A stretch of DNA of 64,000 bases, from NCBI GenBank assembly GCA_001662655.1, contig KV460212.1; one strand, given 5' to 3'. The notes beneath the pieces are model-generated. The model was given only the letters and a program-made list of their open reading frames with translations. It ran no database searches and was not told where the DNA came from. Position numbers and translations under genes: made by a program. Shown here piece by piece: positions 62,078 to 64,000 of the stretch (its first letter is position 1; every line of letters starts with the position of its first letter). This stretch comes from Pseudogymnoascus verrucosus (Eukaryota).

Positions 62078-64000
62078 ATGAGCAAAGCCGTGGAAGATGT
62101 AACGGAAGTTGCAGAGCTTCATACCGTGGCCTCACATGAGTCAGAGGTGCGTGAGGGCCAGGCTAGCCTTTCGAAACCTCCTAAGAAACGAGTCTCCCAA
62201 GCCTGTAGCCGCTGCAGAAGCCGCAAGGACAAATGCGACGGAAAGAAACCGACATGTTCGGCTTGTGCTGACGTTGATGAAACCTGCGTTTATGACTCGG
62301 CCACTAAAAAACGCGGGCTGCCCGAAGGGTATGTCCGTGGACTGGAAAAGCTTTGGGGTATCTCGTTACGAAAAGCTGATGGCCTCGAGACTACCATATT
62401 AAAAATTATCGAGACGGGTGATACAGATCCTCACTCTTTAGCCAAGATATGGAACGACAAAGAAGGGAATGAAACCTTAGTTGAAACTTGGAGGCGGAGT
62501 AAAGTTTATCAAGAGCTTGATAGGTTGCTCCCTTTGCTCGATCTTTCGGACGACAAACCAGGGAAAAGAAAGCGAACAGATCCAGTTCCAGGCCGACGGC
62601 CAGAGGAAGATCCAAATCTACCATCTTCTATTCAAGCTCAGATTGGACCAGAGCAAAACCCATCACCAGCCTCAACGCTAGGCCACCCAAACGATGCCTT
62701 CGCAACGAGCCAGGAAAATTTTGTTCTCAAAAGTTCTATCATTCCACGAGAAATTACCATACCAAGCGCTCCTCCATTGCCCGAGAGGACATGGAATCTC
62801 ATCGACGTGTATTTCTCATATACTCATTGTTGGTTTCCTATTATAGAAAAACATGAGTTATTAAGACTCTCCTATCAGTACTCACAGAACAGATCGGCAT
62901 CTTCACCCCACAAGTCGGGGAATTTGGCAGTGCTTTGGGCTGTATTAGCGTATGCGGATCACCAAATCAGAGCGATAAAACCATATACAACAACCAACGG
63001 CCTTGATGGTAATTGGACGGTGGCAAGGCTATACGAAGAATCCAAGGCACATATCCCTCCAGAAGAGGGGGATTTTGAGTTGGGCCACGTTCAAGCCCTA
63101 TTAATACTCACGCTTCTGAACATAGGACAGGGGCGCTGGAGCGGCGCCTGGATATTAATTGGCAAGGCCGTCCGCATTGCTATTGAGCTCGGTTTTAGCC
63201 ATGCTACAGACAAGAAATGTCTTAGTGCACACGTTCTTCTAGGCTGCTTTGTTCTTGACACATTGGTAGCATTAAACCTCGATCGGATCCCACAGCTCCG
63301 CGTGTCAGATATCAGACAAATCGGCACCATTGACGAAGACGGATTAGATGAATGGAATCCGTGGGTGGATTGCCTTTCTCTAGAGCATAATTCTACAGAT
63401 GGCCGTCGCGGTCCCGCCGCTACTCTGAGCACATTCAACTGCCTGATTCGTCTCACGGCAATCCTCAACAGCATTACTCATGATGAGTCTACTGGGACTG
63501 TAAGGGCCCATAAGTGTCAAGAACTGTTGGATGAATTGGGATCTTGTGGCGAAATGAATCCCATCAAATCCATGCCAGCGTCTAATTTTAGCGATGGGAC
63601 GAGGCCTCCTTTACTGCCTCATCAATACCATCTTCACATCGCACATCTCGGTACAGTAACGGCGGTCTACGCTTATCTGAATGCTTCGGGCAATGGAGAA
63701 CAAGCTTCTAATGGTGCAAACCTTGGAGTATTAGCTGCCTCCGCTTATAAAACAATGTGGCTCATTGTTCGACACTCAGAAGCCTTCGGACTATCGATAA
63801 TTCCACCAACTTTCGCTTGTTTTATAAAGGTGATTTTGCGAGGCTTTCACAAAATCCCACAAAGTGCTCTCGACGAGCAAAATCTTACTTCCGCCGAATG
63901 GCAGGAAAAGATGTTTCACTCGCTCTCTGCGATGTCTTCAGTGTGGCCAGCGTTTACAACACTTCAGTCCATGTTAAAATCCAACCTTACATCTACGCAA
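62078..64000 (+). CDS. QutA/qa-1F-like Zn(II)2Cys6 transcriptional activator, 3'-partial
   Basis: Not in the ORF track because it runs off the window. KKRVSQACSRCRSRKDKCDGKKPTCSACADVDETCVYDSATKKRGLPEGYVRGLEKLWG, then a fungal-specific TF domain (LIDVYFSYTHCWFPIIEKH, GHVQALLIL, GCFVLDTLV, DGLDEWNPW). Confidence 0.93.
   Translation, partial: MSKAVEDVTEVAELHTVASHESEVREGQASLSKPPKKRVSQACSRCRSRKDKCDGKKPTCSACADVDETCVYDSATKKRGLPEGYVRGLEKLWGISLRKADGLETTILKIIETGDTDPHSLAKIWNDKEGNETLVETWRRSKVYQELDRLLPLLDLSDDKPGKRKRTDPVPGRRPEEDPNLPSSIQAQIGPEQNPSPASTLGHPNDAFATSQENFVLKSSIIPREITIPSAPPLPERTWNLIDVYFSYTHCWFPIIEKHELLRLSYQYSQNRSASSPHKSGNLAVLWAVLAYADHQIRAIKPYTTTNGLDGNWTVARLYEESKAHIPPEEGDFELGHVQALLILTLLNIGQGRWSGAWILIGKAVRIAIELGFSHATDKKCLSAHVLLGCFVLDTLVALNLDRIPQLRVSDIRQIGTIDEDGLDEWNPWVDCLSLEHNSTDGRRGPAATLSTFNCLIRLTAILNSITHDESTGTVRAHKCQELLDELGSCGEMNPIKSMPASNFSDGTRPPLLPHQYHLHIAHLGTVTAVYAYLNASGNGEQASNGANLGVLAASAYKTMWLIVRHSEAFGLSIIPPTFACFIKVILRGFHKIPQSALDEQNLTSAEWQEKMFHSLSAMSSVWPAFTTLQSMLKSNLTSTQ

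Overview
Eukaryotic DNA from a filamentous ascomycete. Short GT-AG introns with CTRAC/CTAAY branch points are seen throughout. A Leotiomycete such as Pseudogymnoascus is my guess from gene style, not something verified. I can support about 17 protein-coding genes, in this order: a Gac1-like PP1 glycogen-targeting subunit (partial; followed by an ~11.7 kb gene-poor region), a GH7 cellobiohydrolase, a TBC-domain protein, a sterol glucosyltransferase-like GT1, a MARVEL-like membrane protein, NudE, acetyl-CoA carboxylase, then an accessory block. The accessory block holds pseudogenes, a coiled-coil orphan, a multi-TM protein, an F-box-like protein, a divergent LaeA-like methyltransferase/O-methyltransferase pair, a signal-less aspartic protease, a VOC protein, a CE1 acetylxylan esterase and a YhhN protein. 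It ends in a divergent AROM-derived repressor / QutA-like Zn2Cys6 activator pair. That activator-repressor module has an unknown inducer and is the best candidate for an undescribed system. Non-coding oddities include a perfect 28-bp-stem palindrome, a ~200-bp triplicated repeat, two hAT-like terminal relics, a disrupted pseudogene with possible RIP-type stops and a gene with an apparently broken splice donor. No rRNA, tRNA or CRISPR array was recognised. All exon boundaries were inferred by eye.
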